Shown: piece by piece, positions 12,265 through 22,000 of the stretch
Position numbering within the stretch: the first letter of the stretch is position 1
Layout of the letters: the number at the start of each line of letters is the position of its first letter
Origin: Histomonas meleagridis 2922-C6/04-290x
Taxonomy: Eukaryota > Protista > Parabasalia
Assembly: GCA_020184695.1 (NCBI GenBank)
Contig: JAANOX010000099.1
Span: 124,001-188,000 of the forward strand
DNA: 64,000 nt
Reading direction: 5' to 3'
Notes under the pieces: generated by a model
Told to the model about the DNA's origin: nothing
The model's database searches: none
Seen by the model: only the letters and a program-made list of their open reading frames with translations
Program-made: the position numbers and the translations under genes

Positions 12265-13017
12265 ATGGGAAAAGCTCAGCAAAAAGGAAAGGCTTCCAAG
12301 AAAATCAAGCAAGATACCTTCTTAAAGAAGGAGTGGCGTCATGTTTTCGTCCCAGGATTCTTTTCAAAACGTGATATTGGATTCACTGTTTCACATAAAT
12401 GCGCTCGTGGAAAGACACCAGCTGATTACCTTAACAACCGTGTTTTCGAACTCTCCCATGGTGACCTTGTTGACGAACAATCTCATGCATACCGTTTGTT
12501 CAGCTGGAAATCAGTTGATGTTCAAAATAATGACGTATTAACTGTTTTCGCTGGAATGAGACTCACAAACGATAAGCTCTCTTCACTCCTTCGTAAGTAT
12601 CGCACACTCATCAATGCTCAAGTTGATGTTCGTACAGCAGATGGATACATTCTTCGTGCTTTTAGCATTGGTTTCACCAAGAAGTTGAATCCAAACAAGA
12701 AGGCTTGCTATGCTCAACAATCCAAGAAGCGTGAAATTAGAGATGCTTGTATTGCTATCATGAAGGAGACAATTGAAAAGTCTACAATCCCAGAATTGTG
12801 CCAAACAATTGTCAACGAAACAATCGAAAAGGCTATTGTTGAAAAGTGCAAGACTATCATGCAAGTTGATAATGTCTATGTTACTAAGATTAAGGTCATT
12901 AAGGCACCAACCTTCAGCGGTGACGAACTCAAGAAGCTTCACCAAGGTCGTGCTGTTACAAAGGCTGCCGAAGTTCCACGTCCTGTTGAAGAAGAAGCCA
13001 AAGCAGAACAACAATAA
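12265..13017 (+). CDS. RPS3A: 40S ribosomal protein eS1 (S3a)
   Basis: DTFLKKEW, RVFELSHGDL, LRKYRTLINAQVDVRTADGYILRAFSIGFTK and VYVTKIKVIKAP, with biased codon usage. True start is ATG 12265. Confidence 0.97.
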   Translation: MGKAQQKGKASKKIKQDTFLKKEWRHVFVPGFFSKRDIGFTVSHKCARGKTPADYLNNRVFELSHGDLVDEQSHAYRLFSWKSVDVQNNDVLTVFAGMRLTNDKLSSLLRKYRTLINAQVDVRTADGYILRAFSIGFTKKLNPNKKACYAQQSKKREIRDACIAIMKETIEKSTIPELCQTIVNETIEKAIVEKCKTIMQVDNVYVTKIKVIKAPTFSGDELKKLHQGRAVTKAAEVPRPVEEEAKAEQQ

Positions 13018-13341
13018 AATTTGAATTGAATGGAATTTGATATTTAATTTTTATTAAAATATTAACCAATTTTTTTTTATAGAACTTACTGTGATTCAAA
13101 ATCTAAACAAATTTTTATGTGAGAGTACTCTCACTAGAATCGATAAGTATACATTTCATGAAATGATTGAAATACCAACCCCATATGAATAGGTGTGAAA
13201 TATTAGTGTTGATCTGATCCAATGGTTAACACTTAAATTTACAATCATTTATTTTAGATATGTATTCGGAACTTTCTAAAGATTGTGAATTGATTTTGTA
13301 TCTTTTACAAAAAGTACAGATAAACGTCTTCCAGCACAGGG

Positions 13342-14391
13342 ATGATAGGAGAACTTTATCTTTTAAAAAATCCAAAGAAGCAAATACCAATTCAGGCTAT
13401 CCTACCACCTGGACGCAAATTTCAAAGAAAAACAAAAAAACATAAAGAACAGCATTTTCCAAAAGTTGATTTTGAATCTTATGTAAATCGTATTTCCGAA
13501 ATACGCATTGAAAAAGAAAATGAAGAAAAGCAAATTCGTGAAGAATACGAAGAACAACAAGCGAAAAAAGAACTCAAAAAAATAGAAGAATTAAAAGAAG
13601 AACCATCATTAATTACCGAAAAAGATCAATTCACAAAGGAAGAAGAATTACCAAAGAAAGCCATAGAACCCAATGAAGAAGAGGATGAATCATTTGAAGA
13701 AGAAGAAGACATTACAGAATTACTTAATCAACCACTCCCCAAAGATTTTGATCCTTGTCGCTGCCTTAACCAACTTACTGAAAGCATTAGTGACACGCGT
13801 GTTCGAAGTCATTTTTTGCAACTTTATTCACAAGAAATCCTTATTCAAATCGAAGATAAAAGAAATGAATTCCGACGTTTCCTTAAAGTTATGAGCGAGA
13901 AATGTTCCAACGAGAAAGAGAAATCCATTTGTTTTTATGCGTATGCATTTTCTCATCTTCTTGAACCTCTTTCTTTAGATGATATCCGGAACCAAATGTT
14001 ACCAATATTTTTTTTGTTACTTCCAAAACTTGCTAAGAATGATATTAATATGAATGATTGTTCACATTTTTTGTATTTTATGCTTGAGTCATTAGTTTTT
14101 AAACCTGAGCATATTAAAGTACTTGTGCCTTTGATTGTTGATAATATGATTGAATTGTTAAATAATTCGCTGTTCGATTTGGCAGAATGTGTCGAATATA
14201 CATTGAAGTCACTTTCATTTAGAAAGTTAAATGATAGAAGTAAAATAGATAGAATAATACCAGAAATAGAAAAAAGATGTGAAGAAACTGGTGCTTCGTA
14301 TAAAGGAATGTTTTATAGAATTAAGCACCCTGTAAAACAAACACAAATGGAAAATTTCCTTAATACATTAAAAATTAATTTAAATGAATAA
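13342..14391 (+). CDS. Hypothetical protein with E/K-rich coiled coil and helical C-terminal domain
   Basis: 349-aa ORF, no family recognised. Confidence 0.65.
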   Translation: MIGELYLLKNPKKQIPIQAILPPGRKFQRKTKKHKEQHFPKVDFESYVNRISEIRIEKENEEKQIREEYEEQQAKKELKKIEELKEEPSLITEKDQFTKEEELPKKAIEPNEEEDESFEEEEDITELLNQPLPKDFDPCRCLNQLTESISDTRVRSHFLQLYSQEILIQIEDKRNEFRRFLKVMSEKCSNEKEKSICFYAYAFSHLLEPLSLDDIRNQMLPIFFLLLPKLAKNDINMNDCSHFLYFMLESLVFKPEHIKVLVPLIVDNMIELLNNSLFDLAECVEYTLKSLSFRKLNDRSKIDRIIPEIEKRCEETGASYKGMFYRIKHPVKQTQMENFLNTLKINLNE

Positions 14392-14646
14392 AATTGTTAT
14401 TTAAATCATTTTTTTAAATACTTCATAAAACTTCTTGTAAAACCATTCTTACTGTTAATTTTCCTCTTGTTAATTTTTTCATAATTAATCAAACTTTGTT
14501 ATATTTCTTGCACCTCATTATGACTCAGTTTTTTGACTTTACGTCTCAACTTTTTCTATTCTATTCAAATTTTTCTAAAAGTTTATCAAACTTCAATTAT
14601 TTGATGTTTAGGGGAGTTTTGAATATTCGAATTGTGAAAATGATGA

Positions 14647-15529
14647 CGTTTAGAAACAATTTTTATTGGTGAAAATGTACATTATATAAATTCATGTGCA
14701 TTTACTAATTGTACATCACTTCAATGTATTCATTTTAATAAAGGAACTTCACTAGAAATACAAAATGATGCATTTGTTAATATAAATGCGACAACAGTTA
14801 TGACAATAGAAACATATCAAAATGGAACATTTGGAAATATGAATGCTACTAAGGGAACAACACTTGACGAATGTCTCCCACCAACACTCACATTCACATT
14901 CACACAAAGTGATACATTCACCAATTTAAATACATTTACAATTAGTAATACATTTATCAAATCGAATACATTTACGAAATCAAAAAATAATTTTGATTCA
15001 AATACTTACGTTAATACATTTTCAATGAATTTTACTTTCGTTAATCCTTATACTTTAACTTATTCTTTATCGTTTATAAAAACTTTATCAATTTATTATT
15101 ATACGTTCTTAAAATCTTATTCAATTACTTTCATCGAATCTGAAACTAAATATATTTATGTCGATTTTATATATTATTTATAATATTTTACTTATTATTC
15201 GAATTTCTTTTATATTTCTTATATCGAAGATGTAATAATAAACACTAATGATAATAAACACTAATGATAATAATACATTAATTATCATTATAATTGTTAT
15301 TATAATTGTAATAATTATTGTGTTTGTAATGATAATAATAAATTTTATGATTAAATATCAAAATGAGAAGCGAAAACTAAATGAAGAAGAAATGAACATT
15401 TCAGAAGAAAATAATAATAAAATTAATGAAATCGATAATACATTTTCAGTTGGTATTAATAATTCAAATATTGAAGAAGATCCATTTGCAAACGATTTCA
15501 AAGAAGAAAAATTTATATGTCAGATCTAA
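14647..15529 (+). pseudogene. Truncated BspA-like / TFT-stalk surface protein pseudogene
   Basis: LRR_5-like LETIFIGENVHYINSCAFTNCTSLQCI, then a T/F/S stalk (TFTQSDTFT). There is an in-frame TAA at 15181-15183, a 16-nt tandem duplication at 15235-15266 that shifts frame, then a TM and the tail DPFANDFKEE. Confidence 0.7.
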
Positions 15530-15675
15530 ATAAACATATTTTAAGAACAAAATAATTTTTTGTTTATTTATTAATTTATTAAATACAAACATTTTTGTTA
15601 TTTGGCAAATTTTATGTTTCCTTCCATTAAATTTTTATATGTTTATTATAGATATGCAATAGAAACATTAAATTT

Positions 15676-16552
15676 TCATACAAGATCGTTTTCTTCAAAA
15701 TCTTTAGCAAATGGATACTTTTCAAAATGAGATAAATTAATAACATTTTCCGTATTAATATTGTTATTTATTGCATTTGCATTTTCATTTTATTGATAAC
15801 TTAAAACACTATTTCGTTTAGTTTGATGATCATAAATTAAAAAGATAATAAGAAGTGAAATCATAAAAATAATTACAATACAAACAATTACAATTAGAAG
15901 AATTTCTTCTGTTTCTTTATTTTTATTTTTATTCGTTTTTCTTCATTATAAAGAATAATATAAAAAGCAGAATAATATGTATTATATAATGAATAATCAA
16001 GAATGATCTAATAATAAACAAATTTCGCTTCAATTTAAAAATAAAATGAGTTAAACATTGTAAGTTGATAATAGTTTTGGAAATGTTTGTGTAACTGTTT
16101 GTTAAAATTAATGCTTGAACGCATTTTACACCAAATTGTAATACAAGTGTTGACCAGACAACGATATCGTTACCAATGCATTGGTAGACTTCTTAATGAT
16201 CTGAATGAACCCATTATTATGCTTCCGACATGTGCACAGTTGTCACCGAATGACGTTGAATGATGTCTTCTTAAAGAGCCGACTGAACCTTATTATTAGG
16301 CCTAATTGTTGAGCTGGTGGATTGGTTGGTTTCGAAACAATGAAGTTCGAAATGCCGAATTTGTTCTGCGTATTTTGTTATAATATCTATCTGAACTAAA
16401 TCTTCCGCTAATATGTATTCAATTAGCTGTGGATTCAATGCAAATTGTCATCCATTTCTTTGTATTCGTATCAAAACACAGTAACTGAAACAAATAATTT
16501 CAATGTATTAACATTACATAAATGGTATCACAGTAATTGTTCAAAAACACAT
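15676..16552 (-). pseudogene. Degenerate type I surface-protein remnant
   Basis: Minus-strand TM (ILLIVIVCIVIIFMISLLIIF, ~15840-15905) and tail YPFAKDFEENDLV*, resembling the neighbouring tail. The upstream part has many stops and its 5' limit is uncertain. Confidence 0.4.
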
Positions 16553-16729
16553 GTTTAAAAAAAATAAATGATTTTACAATTATAATCTCATGAGATTATT
16601 TTTGGTTTAGATAATAAAGTAATTAAAAGTCGTATATTTCTAGATATGACTAATGGCCTAACTTTTTTTTTGTGTTCGGAGAAATGCTGAAAGAACATAT
16701 TTGCGGTGATATTTTCAAAACTTTGTGTA

Positions 16730-16737
16730 AAAGTGAC
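16730..16737 (+). promoter_or_regulatory. M2-like motif AAAGTGAC
   Basis: Exact AAAGTGAC 21 nt before ATG 16759. Reverse-complement copies at 42244-42251 and 63554-63561 lie upstream of minus-strand genes. It matches the T. vaginalis M2 motif as recalled. Confidence 0.5.
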
Positions 16738-16758
16738 GCAGCATATTTGGCCAATCCA

Positions 16759-17388
16759 ATGTTGGTTTTACTTTCCTTCATTGCATTAGCAAAGGCTGAT
16801 TTCAACTACACATCATTTTTTGAAGGCAATTGGAACATAACAGCAGTTCCAGTTGGTACTGATGGCGAAGAAAAAGAAGAAGAAATTAAAGTTTATTCTT
16901 TAGAATTATCATCAGGCAGTGAAATTGGATCACTTATTGGAGATCTAATTGGCGAAGATGAAGATGGTGTTGCTACTCCATTAAATAAAATTCTCATTTC
17001 ACCCACAGATGATAATACAACTTTCACGTTCTCAATTTCTGAAAGTGAAGCCGAAAACTTCGAAGAAGTTTCTACATTTACCTTCAAATCAGGTGTTGAT
17101 GGAATGAAGTCATCCCATGGCAAAACCACAGAAAATCTTCGTTACTCAATTAACATTCTCGATCAGTATACAGCACAACTTATTGTCTATCAAAACGAAG
17201 GATTCACAATCTATCGCCTTATCAAGGAAATCCCACAGAAGAAGCCAAGTCTTTTACAATCTTTCCTTCCAATGCTCCCAATGCTTATCATGATGTTCTT
17301 CAGACAAGGCGGAATGGGAGCCCCACAGGCACAGCAAGGTCAACAAGGTCAACCAGCACCACAAGGAGAAAAAGCTAAGACAGACTAA
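16759..17388 (+). CDS. Hypothetical type I membrane protein (signal peptide, C-terminal hydrophobic helix, Q/G tail)
   Basis: Starts MLVLLSFIALAKAD and ends LLQSFLPMLPMLIMMFFRQGGMGAPQAQQ. Confidence 0.7.
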   Translation: MLVLLSFIALAKADFNYTSFFEGNWNITAVPVGTDGEEKEEEIKVYSLELSSGSEIGSLIGDLIGEDEDGVATPLNKILISPTDDNTTFTFSISESEAENFEEVSTFTFKSGVDGMKSSHGKTTENLRYSINILDQYTAQLIVYQNEGFTIYRLIKEIPQKKPSLLQSFLPMLPMLIMMFFRQGGMGAPQAQQGQQGQPAPQGEKAKTD

Positions 17389-17705
17389 ATAAAAAAGTCA
17401 CATTTTCAGACATCTTTCAATAAATTCCATATTTTGATTTGCTAAAACAGTAAAAAATATAAAAAATTCAGAAATGTGAAAAATTATTATTTATCAAAAT
17501 TCAAAAATAAGAACAAAGATTATGATAAGTGTAATGTCGTACCGGATAACATAGTTGTGAGTAACAAAAATTTATGAGAAATAAAGATAAAAATTGTTAC
17601 GAAATTAATTTATTAAAAAAAAACTGGAGTAAACATAAATTATATAAAGTAGAATTACATGATGCTTTCAAGCTAATTTTTGTGTGATTAAATAGATTCA
17701 TTCTT

Positions 17706-17975
17706 CTAATTTTTGATGTCAAGTAATTGCGATTGAGAAAGAATTTCTTTAAAACGCTTTTGGAAATCATCTATTATATCTGTCATTTCAGAGAGTAATT
17801 TATCACTTTTTTCTTCTGATGATTCAATTGTTTGAATTGAATTATCATAAATATCAGCGATTTGATACAAAGAAATTACTGCCCTTGGCAAAGGTTCATA
17901 AATTTCTTTCACACCAGTAATTATATTGGAAACTGCAGACTTTGAGCACTTAGAAAAGTTTTTTTTGTCACTCAT
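17706..17975 (-). CDS. Small hypothetical helical protein (89 aa)
   Basis: ATG at 17975, divergent from the 18070 gene across 94 nt. Confidence 0.5.
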   Translation of the reverse strand: MSDKKNFSKCSKSAVSNIITGVKEIYEPLPRAVISLYQIADIYDNSIQTIESSEEKSDKLLSEMTDIIDDFQKRFKEILSQSQLLDIKN

Positions 17976-18069
17976 CAAAAACTTAAAGACATGTGATATG
18001 AAATTATTTTATGAAATTTGATGTGAAATAACGCCCGACCACGACCAAAATTTCCTACATTTCTCCAAA

Positions 18070-18348
18070 ATGGGAAGAGCAGCTGGCGGACATAGAATGA
18101 GTGCAAGACGTAAGAAGAGGTATGAAAGAATAAATCCAATATACGAACACAGAGATCAACTTCTTGCGGCAAGAACAGAATATGACGTTCTGGTCCAAAG
18201 CGGAATCCAACCAGATTTTGAACAGCCACCCGTTGACCAGTGGAAGAGGGACATCGCTCAAGCTCCACCAGGAAATAAAGTTCATGATCGCGATGAAATT
18301 GATGCTGATGTTGAAAACTTCAAACGTGCAAATAATTTTCCATACTAA
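18070..18348 (+). CDS. Small hypothetical protein with basic N-terminus (92 aa)
   Basis: MGRAAGGHRMSARRKKRYER..., with more GC-rich, coding-like codon usage. Confidence 0.7.
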   Translation: MGRAAGGHRMSARRKKRYERINPIYEHRDQLLAARTEYDVLVQSGIQPDFEQPPVDQWKRDIAQAPPGNKVHDRDEIDADVENFKRANNFPY

Positions 18349-18440
18349 AATTCTATACCAAAAATTTATTAGAGTAGATTTAGAAATATGGAAAATAAAA
18401 TCTTATTTTTTACATAAAAGTTTAACTTTACTATTTACAA

Positions 18441-19028
18441 TTACTTGATGAATGGGATCCACGTTCTTGTATTCTTTTTATATTCAACATAATCATTACC
18501 AAAAAATTGAACTAATGCTTTTTCTTCATCATGAATGCGAATCTTAAAGAAAAACCAAAGAACAACAAAGAATAAAACTGCGGATCCTGGATTTATGAGT
18601 ATAAATTGTGTTGCAGGAGCAAATATAATAAATCCAAGATATCCAGGATGTCGAATATATTTATATAACCCTGTTGTAATTAAAACATGTTCATCTACTT
18701 TTTCATAAGCAACGTCATGAGTAAATGACATTCCTGCTGTATACATTGCTTTAAATCTAATGATTAATCCAATTATTACAAGAACCACACCAATCCAAAT
18801 GACTGGTGATTTTAAATTTGATTTATATTCCCAAAAATATCTTTCAACGCCATATTCAGCAAAACTTATCAAGTATGCAATAATTGAATATGGTGTAACC
18901 AAACAATTTGCAAGAGTTGTATGATTTGGATGAAATTTTTTTGATATGATATATTCCATTGTGTGATAAAAAATTAGAATTACAAATAATATTGCAAATT
19001 GGATAATGATTGGAATATACCATTCCAT
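18441..19028 (-). CDS. ICMT: Isoprenylcysteine carboxyl methyltransferase (STE14/ICMT)
   Basis: GMSFTHDV, HVLITTGLYKYIRHPGYLGF, RIHDEEKALVQFFGNDYVEYKKNT. Confidence 0.93.
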   Translation of the reverse strand: MEWYIPIIIQFAILFVILIFYHTMEYIISKKFHPNHTTLANCLVTPYSIIAYLISFAEYGVERYFWEYKSNLKSPVIWIGVVLVIIGLIIRFKAMYTAGMSFTHDVAYEKVDEHVLITTGLYKYIRHPGYLGFIIFAPATQFILINPGSAVLFFVVLWFFFKIRIHDEEKALVQFFGNDYVEYKKNTRTWIPFIK

Positions 19029-19080
19029 GTTTCTTTAACGTTCGTTTTGGAATGCTATCATAAACGGCCTTTGTGGAAGC

Positions 19081-22000
19081 ATGAAGAAGCTTCTTAACCA
19101 AAAAGAAATATGTGTTGAAATCTTAAAATTTATTCAAACAGTCGGAAAAATATCAGTTCCTGATGTGTTGGTAAATCAAAAAATTTTTGCATCAATCAAA
19201 TTTCCATTGTATAATAAAAAAGAGTTACAATCTATTTCATCAGATTTAGAAAAAGGCTTAGATATCAAAACAACACTTCTTAATCATTCATTTGCTTTTC
19301 CATTTTTTCCAAATTTTCTTGATGATTTAATTAGAAAAATGAATAAAAACACTTACATATATGCTTCATCATTTACATTTCTTACATATTTAGCATGGAA
19401 TATTGCATATGGAGATTCAATTTCAGTTGATACCACAATCATAGATTTATTATCTGCGTTAGTTACCATTTGGAATTATGGGAATTCGGAACAAATAAAA
19501 TTAATTTCTGTTTCAGCATATACACAAATATATTCAACATTTTTTAGCAATGAAAATTTTAAAGCATTTGATGGATTTCTATCAGCAATCTACTTATTTT
19601 TCGAACGAGGCCGTGTTATTCCAGAACAGTGTTATGAGATCTTACCAAATGCAGCAAAATGGGTATATAACAATTATTTATCAAATCCAAAGATCACTGA
19701 TAATTTTTTTCGATATTTATCGCAACTTGATCTCCCTGAAACTGTTGCACAAAAACTTGTAACAATTACTTTTCAATCTTTATTACAATCGAATTATACT
19801 ATTTTTCCATATATTCCAGATTTTTTAAAACTTGTATCAATTAATTTTACGTCTGCTTTTTTATCGCGTGTTCCAATTGAACTTCTTGATTGTATTAGTT
19901 TACAGCCTGTTATTAATGATATACCTTTTGATTCAACAGATCCAAATTTCATTGAACTTCCTAAAGAGAAAAACAATGAATTTAACTTTAAAATCCAAAA
20001 AAACACATTTCCAAATGGGTTAGAAATATCACAAAACATTGAAATACCTAAAACTAATACATTTAATGAATTAATGCATGATTCAATTATCTCAAAGTTT
20101 ACAATTATTGCTCAATGTTCAAAGAACAAAGAACATATGAAAATGATTATCGCAAATTTTATTGAATTGCTTAAAATCAAAACTAGTGAACGACCAATAC
20201 ATATTTTTGATTTCTATGCATCTTTTTTTTATTTATGTAAATTATTTCCGCCTGATTCAATTGGAGAAGTTAATTTTGATTTATTAATGAATCCAATTTT
20301 ATTTAATCCAGAAATCACAGTATTTTATCCATGTAAAAACTTTGATCATCTAAATTCAATTCGATATTATTCACTTGAATTAATATTAAATATATCACAG
20401 AATTATATCGAAGAGATCTTACATAGGTTAATGCCATATCCATTATTATTTACTGAAACATTACATAGGATCATAGCAAATCATCAAATACTTCCCGATT
20501 TAAATGATGCACGAATATCTTTAGCACATGGATTAGTTTCGAGTGCATTATATTATCAATCATTTAGTAACGAAACTAATAATAAAAGTATTGAAATAGC
20601 ACGAACAGGAATTTTAAATTTTATCTCACATATATTCCTAGAAAAGTCAATGTTAATATGTTTTTTTAATGATTATTTTTTTAGTTGTTCATTTCTTTCT
20701 TTAGTTTTCGAGGTACCACTTCGATCATTTGTTTTAGATCAAACATTAACATATTTAACAAATTCAGAGCAAGTTGAATTTGATCATAATTTACTTAAAA
20801 TCATTATTCGTTTGGTTGAAAATGCTTGTAATTATTTCCCTGATATTGATTATATTGATTTAGTCTCAGACGTTTTAAATAAAATTAATGAATCTATTAC
20901 ACATCGACGTAATTTAGCACTACAATATGAATCATTAACTCCGATCATATTCAAAGCGTTTTTAACATTAGACACAACGAAAAACTCAAAAACATTTTTA
21001 TATAATTCATTATCATTTTTAGTTTTAATATCAAATATTCATTTATTAAATGATGAAGAACAATTATGTATCGAAAATGCAATAAAAAATGTATATGAAA
21101 ATTCACCATCTGATAATATATTTGAAACAATTGTTCAATTATTAGCAGCGAATGGTTTAATCTATAAAAATCCTTGTTTTTATATCAGGCAACCAAAGAT
21201 ATTAACTACTTTTTTAACCATATTTGAAAATACGCCAAAGTTAATTGATGTATTACAATTCATTAATGATTTATGTTCTTTCTCACCACATAATTGTATT
21301 TCATGTCATTTAGATCATATTGATTTATGGCTTTTAAACTTCATATATAAAAACATTAATAATGATAAAGTTAATGAATATATTATTATATGTTTAAAAA
21401 TTATTGTAAAAATCTCATCATTAATATCATCAATTGAAGTCATTAAAAAATTTAATACATTATTAAAGCCTATAAATAATAGTAATGAACTTTCATATTA
21501 TTACATCGATATATTTAACTCATTAAACTCAATTGTTAATAATTCCAAAATTCAACCATCAGTAACTATACCATTATCACCTGAATATATAATTTCTATT
21601 TCAGGTTTAAACTCAACACATTTAGAATCTTTTCATTCAGTATTTTGGGTACATCATGATACAACTATTCCACTTTATAAGCCGAAAATATTACATTTAA
21701 TAGAATCAACAAAATCAATTGAAGTTAGTTTATTTTCTAATCAAGTTAATATATATCAAAATAATGGTGAATATGAAACTTATGGGAATTTAAAAGTAGA
21801 AATACCTAATAAAGAATGGATATTAATACATTTTTCATATGAGCCGAGTAATAAAATAGGTGAATCACTTTTTAAAGTATCAATTAATTTAAGTCATTTC
21901 GAAGAAATAATTATACCAACAATGAAATGGAAACAAAAAACTTTAATTAATTGTTTCATAGGTGGTATTACTAATGATAGTATTACACCTGAATTCCCAT

